Below are positions 25,507-38,561 of a stretch of 58,378 bases of DNA, piece after piece. Both the position numbers and the translations under genes were made by a program. The DNA is from Catajapyx aquilonaris (Eukaryota). Under the pieces are notes generated by a model. It had not been told where the DNA came from. It saw nothing but the letters and a program-made list of their open reading frames with translations, and made no database searches. The DNA lies in NCBI GenBank assembly GCA_000934665.2, contig JYFJ02002369.1, forward strand, positions 1-58,378, given 5' to 3'. Each line of letters opens with the position of its first letter. Within the stretch, counting starts at the first letter, position 1.

Positions 25507-25657
25507 GGCAGCCCAATTGTGCAAACTTGTTGGAGCAACAACTTCAATTGATGTTTTGAAGGAGCAGCATACTGCCACCCTGAAGCTCCCCCTCGCAGTG
25601 TTACCAAGGACTCGGGTCAGTCCTAAAAGAGGTGGCAGAGGTCGAGGGCGTAAATGA
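25507..25657 (+). CDS. POLR1E: RPA49 exon 4 of 4
   Basis: ttacAG acceptor; phase 2 completes AAG. AAQLCKLVGA...TATLKLPL...RGRGRK*. Spliced CDS 1236 nt = 411 aa. Confidence 0.9.
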
Positions 25658-26227
25658 TCACTTGTAACGGGATAAAAAGGATTACTTATCCTTATCTCTG
25701 TTTATTGCTTTTCCTACATGGATAAAATGTAGTGAAACCTACTTACATTCTACTTGGACATCCAAAAGAATGCCAAGAGGCCTCAAATGATGAACCTAGG
25801 GGCACCAATTTGGAGACACCTTAATCGAATAACACTATACTGTATAGTTGTAACCTTACTTTTTGCCTTTTACTTGTACAGTACCATATGGGTCTGTTGA
25901 TCTTCAAAGAAGGCCATTGTGTGTATCATGCATATGGCATGAAACAAGACATCATTTCCATTTATGTATTTTCCCAAAGTGAATAGGTTATGATAACACC
26001 TGGAGTCTCATTCATTGTGCATTAATTAACAAGAAAACAAAGTACAGCAGCAATTGCAGTTGATAAGTTGCATCATTAGCAGCTTGTTTTTTGGCACACA
26101 CTATTTTCTGGTGATAACTTGCTCTCTGGTGTTGTGCTTACCATAAGTGACACAAGATGATTGTGTAAAACTACACAGTTGGAATCAATCCCAACTCACT
26201 CCAAAAGCAATGGTTGAAAGAATAGTA

Positions 26228-27137
26228 CGAGGGGTGTTCAAGTCATTCCCGGACTTTATTTTTTAACAAATCATACACAAGTGACACAGGTGTCAAACTT
26301 ATCCCACACCTTCCTTCAACTGTCTTGTATGTTCAGTGAAGGGCCAGTCTCCGTAAACAGTCATGTGGGAGAGCAAAAAAATATGGTGTCGGGTGGTGTC
26401 AGGGCAGTAGTGGGACAGCGCATTATCATTAAGTTTCTGGTAGCGGAAGGCATCAAAACATCAGACATTGTCACCAGACTTAGGGGACAGTATGGGGAGG
26501 ATACCATGAGCAGGTCGGTGGTGTACAAGTGGGCTGCACGCTACAAAGACCGCCGCAAAAGTGTACTCGATGATCCGGGACATGGCGGGTCGGCGCCCAG
26601 TGTGGTGATGCCCGCGAACATTAAGCGTGTGGAGGGTTTAGCACTCAGTGACCGTCGCGTTACTGTTCGTGAACTTGTGCAGATGACAGGAATCAGTTGT
26701 AGCAGTGTTGAGACTATTCTCCATGAACACCTTCACATGTCTAAGGTGTCTGCAAGGCATTATTCTGCTGCAGGACAATGCCTGCCCCCACACAGCCCAT
26801 ATCACCATTGACAAAATTCGCACACTCAGTTGGACCACTATTTCCTCACCCGCCATACAGCCCCGACCTCGCCCCCAGCGATTTCCACCTTTTCGGGCCT
26901 TTAAAAGAGCATTTGTCATCGAGACGAATGAGGCAGTGCAAGAAGCTGTCCTGGCGTGGCTGAGGAGAGGGGATCCCTAATTCTATGTTGCTGGGATACA
27001 AGCGCTTACACATCACTGGGGAAAATGTTGTGCTGTTGCTGGGGACTATGTCGAGAAATGACCAAGGTTTGACATCTGTGTCACTTGTGTGTGATTTGTT
27101 AAAAATTAAAGTCCGGGAATGACTTGAACACCCCTCG
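26228..27137 (+). mobile_element. Internally deleted mariner transposon
   Basis: Perfect ~31-bp TIR CGAGGGGTGTTCAAGTCATTCCCGGACTTTA with TA TSD. HTH region QRIIIKFL...HMSKVSAR is fused to ILLQDNACPH and HPPYSPDLAPSDFHLF. Confidence 0.95.
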
Positions 27138-27280
27138 TATATTTCCAATCTGTCTCTGTGTTGGGCTTCATTCCTAGTCGTATTTGCAAGGACATATGGC
27201 AAATCTGGAAATGTGGGATGACATTCAGGAATTAAATGAACACAGTGGATAAAAAGAATAACTTTAAAAGGGACAGTTAC

Positions 27281-27560
27281 CTAGTCTTGTTTCTGCTTGT
27301 TGCGTTTTCCACAAACTACATGAAGAACCATTCTTAACGTCAAGTACACAAGAACAATCACAATGGTAATGATAGTGACTAGGAATGCAATCACATCCAC
27401 CAGATAGATTTGGTACCAGGGCATGTCGCGAGCTATCGAGTGCATATGCACTGCGCCTTTGTGACGTATGACATACTCAGTCCAAAATATAGCTCGTTCA
27501 AGAGGAGCTTGGGGTTGGTCCCGGTATCTTCTTGAAATTTCTTCAACACCCAGGTGGAAA
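27281..27560 (-). CDS. UGT exon 3 of 3 (TM helix and ER-retrieval tail)
   Basis: ctttcAG acceptor; RDQPQAPLERAIFWTEYVIRHKGA, TM segment, C-terminal KQKQD*. Spliced CDS 1548 nt = 515 aa. Confidence 0.93.
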
Positions 27561-27945
27561 CTGAAAGCAAGCAATAAATTATTATGCATATAGCATGTTG
27601 ACAATGAAGTTAGATCTGTGTTAAACCTACATGTTAGAATACTTGTAGCCAGGATGTGATTTTCGAAGTAATAACTACGTACTAGAGGCCTATTTCAGCG
27701 GAGGTGTCATAATAGAGAGAGAAAAAATTTCGGACGGTACCCCACCCAGACCTCTTGATTCCAACATCTATAACAATGAAAACACATGAGGGTATGGAAT
27801 AGAGGAGAGAGGAGAAAGAAAAAGAGATGCACTTGGTGTGCATGGTTTATTCGAGTGTACTCCAAAAGAACATTGAAACACCTGCCCCACTGTGTGAACA
27901 CTACACACCTGCATTTGGCACTGCTCTCAGAGAAATATTAATATA

Positions 27946-28679
27946 CCAGGGTGTCCCTAAATGATTGTCAACTTTTGAAAGTTGCTTAGTTTCTATTAGT
28001 TGCGGTGTGCAATGACAAGACATACATAGAACGAAAGAGGACATTTGGGAGTTTTTATTGCACACCGAAAAGTTGGTTCCGCACTTTGCCACGAGGCACA
28101 CAGGGCCACTCCACAAAATGGTGTCTCCCGAACAGAAAACGTTCCATGTCCTGCAGTTTGCAAAGCTTGGGTCGCTAGTTACTGTTCAGCAGGCCTTCCG
28201 GCGACAGTACGGACGACGTTACGCCCCTCCCTACAATAATTCAACGGTGGTTCCAGAAGTTTCAGACGACGGGATGCCTTTGCAAGGGCAAGGATCGGCG
28301 GATCGGACATGCCGGTCAGCAAGATCTGGTTTTTCTCCAGTGGCCACCAAGGTCTCCCGACCTCACCCCATGTGACTTTTTCCTCTGGGGGTATATGTAA
28401 AGGACCAGGTCTTCGTACCATGGCTACCTACCAGCCTGTGTGAGTTGAAACGCAGGATTGTTGCTGCTGTGGAATCAATCACACCAGACATGCTGGCCTG
28501 GGTAGAGAATTGGACTATCATGTAGTGTGACGAAAGGTGCTCATATTGAGCACTTGTAGTGTGTGCAATAAAAACTCCCAAATGTGCTCTTTCGTTCTAT
28601 GTCTGTATTGTCATTGCACACCGCAACTAATAGAAATTAAACAACTTTCAAATGTTGACAATCATTTAGGGACACCCTG
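27946..28679 (+). mobile_element. Long-TIR Tc1/mariner deletion derivative in UGT intron 2
   Basis: ~125-bp TIRs CAGGGTGTCCCTAAATGATTGTCAAC; remnants MVSPEQKTFHVLQF and WPPRSPDLTPCDFFLWG. Confidence 0.9.
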
Positions 28680-29427
28680 TATTATCCACTGGTCACCACA
28701 GCCATCTGATGGCAAATGTTCCATACATTTGTGTCATCAGTGAGACAGGTGTCCCATTGTTTTATGGGGAGTTCACCCATTAACAATGCACTTCAAGTCA
28801 CAATTGCGTCATTTCGCCTACATTATTTTTTCCGTGTGCTGGGCCTGACTTGTGAGCCGATTTTAATATTACACATGTCTCAATACACTAGTTGCAGCAT
28901 TCATGATGTATTAATCGATGTAAAAAATGATGAGGTGCATGTGAGAGGAAGACTTGGGGACTCCATTGAAAGTTGTTCATTGCGCTAAAATTTAAATATT
29001 TACCTCAAGAAAACAAATAATTGCTGATATCAATTTTTTTTTTGCTCAATTAGTATAGTCCACCATGAAATCTCGCTTCTACTATTGATACTTGTACCGT
29101 ATATCTAATGTAAGTTATCATTAAAATCGGTTCAGCTGCACACTGAAAAAGTGAGTGCACCCCAGCCAATCATGTGCAGTACATCCCGAGTCAACGATTC
29201 TGATGTAATGCGTTGTAGCAGAGCCCTTCTCAATGAAACAATGCAATTGAGGCTGATCTTACATGAGTTGGTGCCAACTGAGTACGATTCAGCCCGGTTC
29301 AGTTGTGGCCTCGATAATAAAGTACTGTTACAATCTCGGAGCGAACTCCTACTTACGCCTACTCTTAGACGTACAGTACTTCTGTCGTTTGTTTGGAGAT
29401 GTGTATCAGTTGAGTTTCATCATTTAA

Positions 29428-29556
29428 GGGCCGGTTTCACCGAGCCCGGTTTTGATGGGGAAAAAAACGTTCTTTCGGAAAATCCCTGCAAATAGAATAG
29501 GGATTTTCCAAAAGAACCGGGGTTTTTATCAACACCGGGCTCGGTGAAACTGGCCA
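29428..29556. mobile_element. Harbinger-like fold-back MITE
   Basis: GGCC(G/A)GTTTCACCGAGCCCGGT inverted termini; TAA/TTA flanks. Confidence 0.75.
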
Positions 29557-29839
29557 TTAGGATCGTCGAGTAAAGAACAGCATGTGCATCTGTCCCAAGT
29601 GCTTAGTAAGGGACGTAATTAACATATGCAACGTACTCCAGTGCAGAATGACTCAATATCGGCCACATCTTGTTATTTTACCAAAGGGTGTCACTATAAA
29701 TTCTTGCGAGTCTCCATGGGAGTTATCTTCGGATTCACTCAGGAGAGTATGCTAGTATAGGAGCCATTTTGTCGTAAACCGATAATATGACCAAAGTCTG
29801 CCATATACACGGATTATGCGGAGGATCCTACCAACAAGT

Positions 29840-29840
<1 letters not shown>

Positions 29841-29897
<57 letters not shown>
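29841..29897. repeat. (AAT)n microsatellite
   Basis: Read directly. Confidence 0.95.
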
Positions 29898-29899
<2 letters not shown>

Positions 29900-29967
29900 C
29901 AGGAAGCACACTATAAATCAGAGCGGAAACACTTGATTTGACTACGGCTTCCAACATTGCAATAATT

Positions 29968-30197
29968 CAGTGGTTTCCAACCTTTTACCAACTGCGACCC
30001 CCTAAAACATGTTTCCATAAATGTGCGACCCCCCACCCCCACCACATCCTCCCCTCCTCCTGCCCCTCCTACAACTGCCCCCTTTCCAGAAAACATACAC
30101 TCTGTACTGCTGCAAAAATGGTTCAATTGGAAAAAGAAATTGAGAAAAAAAAGTTGAACAAACGCTCGCGACCCACCGCACCAGTTGCAAACCACTG
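29968..30197. mobile_element. hAT-like MITE
   Basis: CAGTGGTTT(C/G)CAAC termini; 8-bp TSD CAATAATT/CAATAACT. Confidence 0.75.
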
Positions 30198-30540
30198 CAA
30201 TAACTTCTGTGTGAGAGATGATAATATGTAGCATTCAAAACAAAACTGCTCCATCAAATACGTCACTCTGGTGGGGATACAGAGAGTTGATGGTGCCAGC
30301 ATGGCGGACAGTGACATGGGAGTAGGGCTTGTGGCCCATTTAAGTGTAAAGTAAGCAAATTAATTTTTATAATTATTGTGTAGCCTATACTGATCATTGT
30401 GAAAAATGTTAAGTCACTCTAGGCTCGTCTATCTATATAGGCCTACTAGAATAATTATAAATAAAACATGACACTCAAGTAGGTTTAAGAAGGCTCTTAA
30501 TTGAATAAGTTAGGAAGAGACTTAAGGGTAACGACTCAAC

Positions 30541-30760
30541 TGCGGTTCGTTCAGGAGGCGATGAAGGGCGTACTGAAACGTGTCGGTTGTCACTTGGGTC
30601 ACTTCCATTTTGAGGCCATACCCATGCAACTCAGCGCGATTTCCATTCGTCTCTTGGTCTCCAAAGAAGGGCATTACGAGGACAGGCACCGCATGAAATA
30701 TGGCCTCCTGTGTGCTCAAAACGCCACCATGAGTGATAAACAAGCGACATTTAGGATGCC
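30541..30760 (-). CDS. UGT exon 2 of 3
   Basis: Follows a 61-bp intron. GHPKCRLFITHGGVLSTQEAIFHAVPVLVMPFFGDQ completes the UGT signature; 220 bp; donor CA|GTTGAG. Confidence 0.9.
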
Positions 30761-30821
30761 CTGCATTAAAGAAACAGATAATTACATTGTTGAAGGTTTT
30801 GAACAATCAAAAGTTTCCTAC

Positions 30822-31869
30822 CTAAAATGTCTTGTTGAGGGAGCCATTTGCTGAGCTTGACATTTTTGGGCACCTCCACTCCTTCCATGGTCTCCGTCTC
30901 CCATTTCCACAGAACCCGCTCCTTCAGTTTGCCGAAGACATTGAGGAACGTATCTCGCAGTTTGGGGTCCATTTGACTGCCCCTGATGAATGATCCAAAG
31001 CTGAAGTAAATAAATCCCTGGGAGCCCTCCACAAATTCCAAGAGAGAATCTGGCAGTGCTTTGGGAGATTTGCAATGCACTCCTCCTATTTCGATGTGGC
31101 CTGGAAGCCATGCTCGAGGATATTCCAGTGAAAAGTGCTGGTTAATCAGAATCAGGCTTGTGTTGCGTTCCATAGCTTCCAGTGACGGTAAGTCATCACC
31201 TAAATATCGCCTCATAATGGCATCTTCTTTAGGGAAAGCGTAGTAGAGACGAAGAATATTGGTGGTGCAGCTGAACAAGAAATTGATTGACCGTTCCCAA
31301 AATGTCATGTCGCTTGTGAAAGGCAAAAATGCGTGTGGTATTATTGATGTAGGGATGGGGTTCTTGGTACCCATAGCCTGCCAGTCATTGAGTGAAGCTG
31401 TAGCTATATAGCCAAAGGGTGCGTTTAGACGGTAAGCCAAACCGATGGCACAGTCGTTCTGCAAAGCGTCAATCAGCACCAAATCGAATTTTGACTTCAT
31501 GAGTTTCTGGATCTCAGGACTGGCCAAAAACAGCTCGCACATTTCTATAGTGGCATCAAATATGTCAAGAGCAACTGCAACTTCGTTCCGTGTTTCTCTT
31601 TTTTGAAAACGGGCGGCGACTTTTGGGAAGCCCTCGACGACCAGTTTTGGATTAACGTCTTTGACATTTTTGAAGTCTGCTGACATAAGAAACGGGGATA
31701 CCAACGTCACCTGATGGCCGTGATCTGCTAGTCCTCTTGCAAGCGTGTCAAACAAAATCTTGTGGCTTCTTGACCCGAAATATATTACCAGAAGAATATT
31801 GGCCGACTCCACTCCAACTGCACAAAAAGCCGTTGTAACCAAGACAAAAGTCAGAGCGTCAAGCTTCAT
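30822..31869 (-). CDS. UDP-glycosyltransferase (GT1/UGT), exon 1 of 3
   Basis: Signal peptide, GSRSH catalytic His, MTFWER, FIYFSFGS, WLPQQDIL; G|GTAGGA donor. Confidence 0.95.
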
Positions 31870-32891
31870 GGTGGAAGAGCTGTCAGACTAGCGATATCTT
31901 TGAATTGGAATGAGTGCGTGGACTTTTACTGTGTGCATAGTGATTAGATAACCTGGGAAGCAGCTGGAGTGTAGCGGGGTGATATCAGTGTGTCACTTAC
32001 GAGTTAAAAACGATGGAAATATCGGATCAACAAGGTCGTGGAATTGATTTCAACTGATTATTGTCAATGTAAATCATGACAAGTGTTTTCAATATGTTTG
32101 CTTCCCATTGCAGCATCAAGGCATCAATGTTACAGTCGTCTGGTGCAGGGTTGAAAAAATCCGATAGTTAAAATTTTTAATATTGTTTATCTTTTTCATG
32201 TGAAATTATGCCAAAAATAATAGTGACGGAGATAGGCAGTTCTGACAGTTGGGTAGAGGAGGAAATGTGGAAAGGTGCCATTTGGTAGATTTCGAGGTGC
32301 CGGTTTAACATATCCTGGCGTGCAAGCCATGTTCCACGAGCAATATTGCAATCTCATTACGTGTAGCAGATAGATAAGCTTCGCTGAGCCAATTACGATG
32401 TTTTGATAGTGTAACATAATATTATAGTGTCATAAAATAATTTTGAGCCAATTACATGTGTTCCTAGTTTATAACGATAATACTGTATACACTATAAGAG
32501 ATTCTGGTGTAGTGATTGGGATTCCATTGTCTACCTGACCACTGGGCATCGGGCATCTTGCTCGTCAAGTTTTGTCGCGGACATGATTTCATGATGTGGA
32601 CCGCTCCCTATCGGATGACCAAGACGAGTCATGGGGTGGCCATTTGTGAAGTAGAAGAAAGCAGACTCTGCGGGAATATTTTCCGCTCATATAACTGGCG
32701 GACTTTCTGTTCCTCAGGGAAATACGCAAGAACAGGGTCATACTGTAAGAGTTTTGGCAATTTTTATGCCCCATAAAAATGGAAGAAGAGGGTTCAGTGA
32801 AATACCTCTCAGCTATATAGAGTATAGAGAGAGTACACCTCTATACACCTAGTTGGTGCTCTGGATACTTGGAACCGGGTTGTGCAATGAC

Positions 32892-32997
32892 GTACTATAT
32901 CGCTCAAAAAGATAGAGACGATTGGCATTTGATTCAAGTGCAAGTTGCACTTGAGTCAAATGCAAAATCGTCTCTATCTTTTTGGGCGATATAGTAC
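32892..32997. mobile_element. Palindromic MITE
   Basis: Near-perfect 106-bp palindrome, absent from the paralogous site at 56694 (empty site). Confidence 0.85.
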
Positions 32998-34750
32998 CTC
33001 TTTCCGGGTTCTTATCGCAAGGTCGTCTCATTATTCAGATCTTTCCTTGCACTTCTTAGGGTATACTCGATTGGAAGGCTCATATAATGCGATTAATTAT
33101 TGCACACCCGCATACACCAGTATACACTCTCATATAGTTGCACCTTGATTGTTTTCTCCTGCAGCGGCGTCTCACTGCCTATACTCGGACCTGTGCAGCT
33201 GTCGTCACTCTCGCCGTTCCTCTGTCAGTCCACAGCATCATCTGTCTGATGCCATTTATAATACACATTCATCCGTGTTATATCATTCAACTTCGGTTCC
33301 TGCACGTCCTAAACATTAAAAAGCAATAAACACAAGTTGGTTTAAATCAGAAATGTACATAATACGCCTACTAATATGCACATAGAGTACGAAAATGCAG
33401 GATGTAATACGTAGTGAGGAACGGCTGTATATATGTTCATTTGCAACATTCATTGCTAATAGCTGAACGTTAATTTCTTTGAAAAACAAAGAAACAAACA
33501 AATAAACATGTAATGTATTACATTAACCTCCTTCTCTCAAAGAGAATGCCATGCCTGCATAACTACCATATAGTACCATTGCCCATCACTTATGCGTTAC
33601 GATGAATAATAATAATCATTAGCCCCCCATTAATAACACCCACCGTTAACATTATAACTTGCGGCCATTTCCGCCTACCTGAGCAAACATCCTGAGCCTA
33701 TAAGCCACGTCCATGACCCTTCCACTTGAGACATTGATGGCCCACCTGGCACATCAGCAGCGGTGTCCCTCTGATGGGTGAGCGTTCCTTCCAGAGCTGG
33801 AAGACTAACTCTTATCGCTCTTCCCTCGCCTTGCCTGCCCGCTTTAATAACAATATTATTGATTAAGTATGTTCAAATGTAGACGTGTCAAATTGTGCCC
33901 ATTCATGGCATGCATGATGTATGTATCTTATGGATTTATATGCCGTCAGATGCACTATAGGTCACTGCACTAACTGTAAGTGCTTAGTGGCGTGGCACTC
34001 ACCTTACGTACGTCGTGGCCTCGTATGCATAGTTTCGAGTAGGCCTTTTCGAGATCCCAGAGGGTGACGTGCGTGGTCAGATAGAAGCGATGCGGCCGTC
34101 TAATTAAGACAGTCAATAATCCAGAGACAGCAATATTCCCCGTTGTACTGCACAAAAAGAGCAACTTGTAACCTCGAATGCCTGTGTTAGACTCTGAGGT
34201 GCATATTTTTAAGTAATGAACCTCTGTTCCGCAAAGGCCTGTACAATACATCTAATAAATTCCTCTCATGTTCAGTGGAGAGAGGCAGCCCACTACCACG
34301 CACACGAGGTGATGTGCACACTGACTGCACAGACTCTAATTTAATAATTCCATTGGGTGAGTTCAGGAAAGTACTGGCGCCACATACACAAAGCAAACTG
34401 TCATGCACTGGACGTTTGACCTCTTCGCCAAAAGGCAGGACGACATGTCGCAAGCAGTGATGGGTAGGGGGTTACCTGGTGGAGGTCGTCCTCACTGTCC
34501 TCTGCTCCCGTCCAAAACAAAGGAGACTGGGCTGGTCCAGAGAGGCGAATGCCATGTTGTGTAGCCTACTGTCCCAGCTCCTTATTAATCTGGCGCTCCG
34601 ATTAATTAATAGGCCTACTGGGTTGATTGTGTCAGCAGTTTGGAGGCGCACTCGGACGACGGTGGTGTCCCCAATTGGTGTCCCACCTCATGGCCCCTTA
34701 CACAGGCATCTACACTGCCTTCTGAATGATGGAATCGCATGATTTTCCCT

Positions 34751-34752
<2 letters not shown>

Positions 34753-34826
<74 letters not shown>
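34753..34826. repeat. (AAT)n microsatellite
   Basis: Read directly. Confidence 0.95.
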
Positions 34827-35409
34827 GCTTTCCATGTCTATCCATAAGTGTTGGAATATTCCTCTGCCTATTCCCCATCCTGCAAGAATGAAAATGTGAC
34901 ATTACTTGCAAAATCTGCTTGAATTGTTGTTCAAATGAAGTCATTTATTTGGCACAAACTTGCTCCTCATCATTTTCCCCAGTTGCTTGACGGGTTGCTT
35001 GACAATGGTTAAAGATCCCCAGAGTGGCCAAATTTCCAGGAGGAGGACCACCCCCTGGCGTCGGTGTTGAGCCTCAGAGGCAGAAATAGGCCGACGCGAC
35101 GTTAAGCCCCACTGAACCCAATTGCTTGACGGGCCTATGTGCTCACTCTTGGATCTTCTCCCGATCATAATATTTTTCTTCACAACGGGATTACGCACGA
35201 CTTGCATGGCGCACTTCACCTTAATCCAATGTTAGATCATCAATAACTGGAAAATGCATAATTATGGCTACTGATGAAGCATTAAGTGGAATGGAATATA
35301 GTTGGAGCAAAATAATAAGGCTGGACGACACGCACTGTAATCTGGCATGTCCTGTTAAGTTGTTAAGCCTCAGCGTCCGTTTCTTTTGTTCATCCCTATA
35401 GCTCCTTAT

Positions 35410-36311
35410 CACACAGAAGGAAATGTGCCAATTGACACAAAAATGTGTCAAATATATACCTGAGGAGACACGCCTGCAATATGTCACAAAGCCTTGACAC
35501 GTGCATTGTGTGTCGTAATGACACGCGCCCATGTGCCTTCCGACACATACATAAGCGACACATAAAAGTGAGTCTCGTCAGGCATAAAAGTGGCACACTT
35601 TTTCATGTCGCTTGTAAACTGTGTCATTTGACACATGTGCTATTTGTCGCTTTTGACACATGACTGTGTTTATTAACACTAGCACGATGTGCCGTTTGAC
35701 ACAATGAACTATGGAGCCTTAATTATTATTATTGCTCTCGTGGAGTAACTTTACGCCGCGGTGAGTTTGTTATGTAGGCCTACACAACGTCTCTGATTGG
35801 CCCATGCGAACTGGTGAACTGGTGCAACAGCGAGTTCTTGTGGGCCATAATCAGAGAGTAAGTTGCACACATCTCGTCGGCGTATAAATACTCCGTGCGA
35901 GTGAGAATGATACACAGCGTTACTGAGTAGATATTATGTTAATGCGTATATACTTACGTACCGTTAAGCAGCAACAATGCACGCCAAGCGACCAGCAAGA
36001 TGCAAACAAAAGCAAGGCGAGTGCTGAAGAGGACCTTCTCACCGCTACTGAAGGTTATATGACGTCATATAACCTTCAATAGGCGATCCTCCGATATACG
36101 TGTCAGGAGGCACAATAATTCGTGCCATATCACTCTCGCGGACGCATTAGGAGAATGACACAGAGGATATGTGTCGTGCCTGTGTCACGCGACACATTAC
36201 CGAGTCTGACACAGGTCAACGTGCCTTATGGCACATGATGACACTCAAAATCGGATTCAACACAGCAACGTGTGTCGTGAGACACAAATACGTGTGCCGC
36301 TTTTCTGGGTG
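35410..36311. mobile_element. CAC...GTG-terminated element with many GACAC/TGTGTC subterminal repeats (CMC-like?)
   Basis: Termini CACACAGAA / TTCTGGGTG; right ~620 bp repeated at 39407-40028. TSD not resolved. Confidence 0.5.
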
Positions 36312-37122
36312 TTGTATGAGACAGGCTTTTATAGTCCTCCTCCCCTATACATCATGAGCTCATGACCTCTACATAACCAGGCCCCCGTTCATTTTAGTGC
36401 TCGCGATTCACGAGGCGTCATCCCATCACGTTCAGGGACAGAGAAGAATAATATTTATTGTAGTGCTCTGTGAATCGCTCCATCCTCCTCTTTCGTTGCC
36501 CTGAATCCTTTTCTTCCGACCCTTCTCGTCGACGGTGCACTTACACGTCTCGTCGCGTTCTCGTTTTGAGGATCGAGGTGGTGAGAGCAAGCATCAACAA
36601 AGAATGGCCTTGGTGGCTGTGGTTTATATAATTATAGCTGGGGTCATTCTCTCTCATCCATTCATTTTCGTACGTGAGGCATATTATGGTCTCCTTCTGC
36701 TGCACCGGAGACTGGCGTGATATGAATCGATCTGACTTCCAGAAGAATAAACTGATGACCACCTATTCTCCCGTCGTTCGTCGATATCGCCGTGTACCGG
36801 ATCCTCTCCTCACAGGGCTTCGCTAAGAGAGTGTCTCATTTATTAATATTCGTTTGCTTATAATTATACGGGCGATGGCCTGCCTGCTGCTCATGTTGAC
36901 CGGTCACTTTGACCAAGACTTGACGTATTATGAAGAGACAAAGCTTCTGCCTGTGCACACTGCCTTCTTACGGAAGAAATGTACATTTGCACAATGTGAT
37001 AAGGGCGATAAAGAAGGAAAACACGATCTTGTCGCAATATGGAAATAGTTTCTGGGAACGAAAGTATACTTGCAAGTATATCCAGTATCTGCAGCCACGG
37101 GCAGCAGAGTACGTCACCATAC

Positions 37123-38186
37123 TACTGTTAATACTACTGTTACTTTAATACTTTACTTAATACTTTACTTAATACTTTACTTAATACTTTACTTAATACT
37201 TACTTTAATACTTACTAAATACTTTACTCAATACTACTAAATAATTACTAAATACTACTAAATAATTACTTAATAATTACTAATAATTATTAATCATACT
37301 TAATACTATAATAATATAATACTCAATATACTATTATACTATTATACTATTATATATAGTATATATTTTATATATACCATTATACTATTATACTATTATA
37401 CTATTATATATAGTATATATTTTATATATACTATTATACTATTATATAATACTTATAATACTTATAATACTTAATATATAATACTTATAATACTTATAAT
37501 ACTTAATTACTAAAAATTATTAATAATACTAATTACTAATAATTATTAATAATACTAATTACTAATAATTATTAATAATACTTAATTACTAATAATTATT
37601 AATAATTACTTAATTTACTTACTAAATACTCTACTTTAATACTTACTTTAATACTACTGTACCTGATGCTTCCTGAGGGGAGGGGGGGGTGGTTGCAACT
37701 TGGCTGATGATGGAGGAGGAGGAGGATCTGGTGGTGATGACGGTGGACTGATGATTGACGGCTCATGACTGGATGACGTGATGGATGACTGATGGCTTAT
37801 CACTAGATGACTTGATGGATGGCTGGTGGCTTCTGACTGGATGGCTTGATGGATGAATGGATGGCTTCTGACTGGATGGCTTGATGGTTGACTGGTGGCT
37901 TTGACTGGATGACTAGTGGCTTATGACTGGATGACTTGTTGATGGATGACTGGAGTGCGAATGATGACTGTTGGACTGATGATGGATGACTGAAATACGA
38001 GTGGTGACTGGTGGACTGATGTCTGGTTGATTGGTGCGGCTCATTATTGGATGACTGGATTATGGATGATTGGTGGCAGCACTGTTGTTTTTATTTTGTA
38101 TTATGTTTGTTGTTGGTGTTGGAGTAATTGGGCTGTTGGGCCTTGACGGGCATGGTCAGTCTAATAAATACCAATACTAGAGTAGT
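37123..38186 (+). mobile_element. Retroposon-like insertion made of simple repeats
   Basis: Flanked by 17-bp direct repeat AGAGTACGTCACCATAC (37106-37122, 38187-38203). Contains a ~540-bp AT tract, a ~34-bp GATGG/GACTGG minisatellite and a 3' AATAAA. Confidence 0.7.
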
Positions 38187-38561
38187 AGAGTACGTCACCA
38201 TACCGCACTCTCATTATCTGATATGGAAACGCTGTAGGGAACACAGCACACTTGCCTCTCTGTCCCAGCACAGTCGACGCGACGTGTCTTCTGATGGCCT
38301 AGGTCACTCTTCGGGTATTTCCCTAACAAACGAACAAACCAACGAAGAAACAATCGTCATCCTCGATTCCCATGTCGTGTTCTACTACGTTCTCTCTGTG
38401 TGCTGCGTACAGTATACTGTGTCAGCATTTGCTTCAATAATTCTTGTATTCCCGTCGCGTGGCCTATATACCGCAGGAGTATATAATACAGTGCATGATC
38501 AGGTGTTGCTTTGTATACCTATACCAAGGAGATCATGTACTGCACACTACACATTGGACAC

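Noticed and set aside
27281..31869. UGT as a viral egt next to the candidate EVE
   Set aside because: It has introns, a TM helix and an ER-retrieval tail, as host UGTs do.
32690..32775. Minus-strand LPKLLQYDPVLAYF resembling the Rpb5 C-terminus
   Set aside because: The match is too short and the following residues do not fit.
37760..37980. CRISPR-like array or coding repeat
   Set aside because: It is a degenerate ~34-bp minisatellite without unique spacers and not a multiple of 3.
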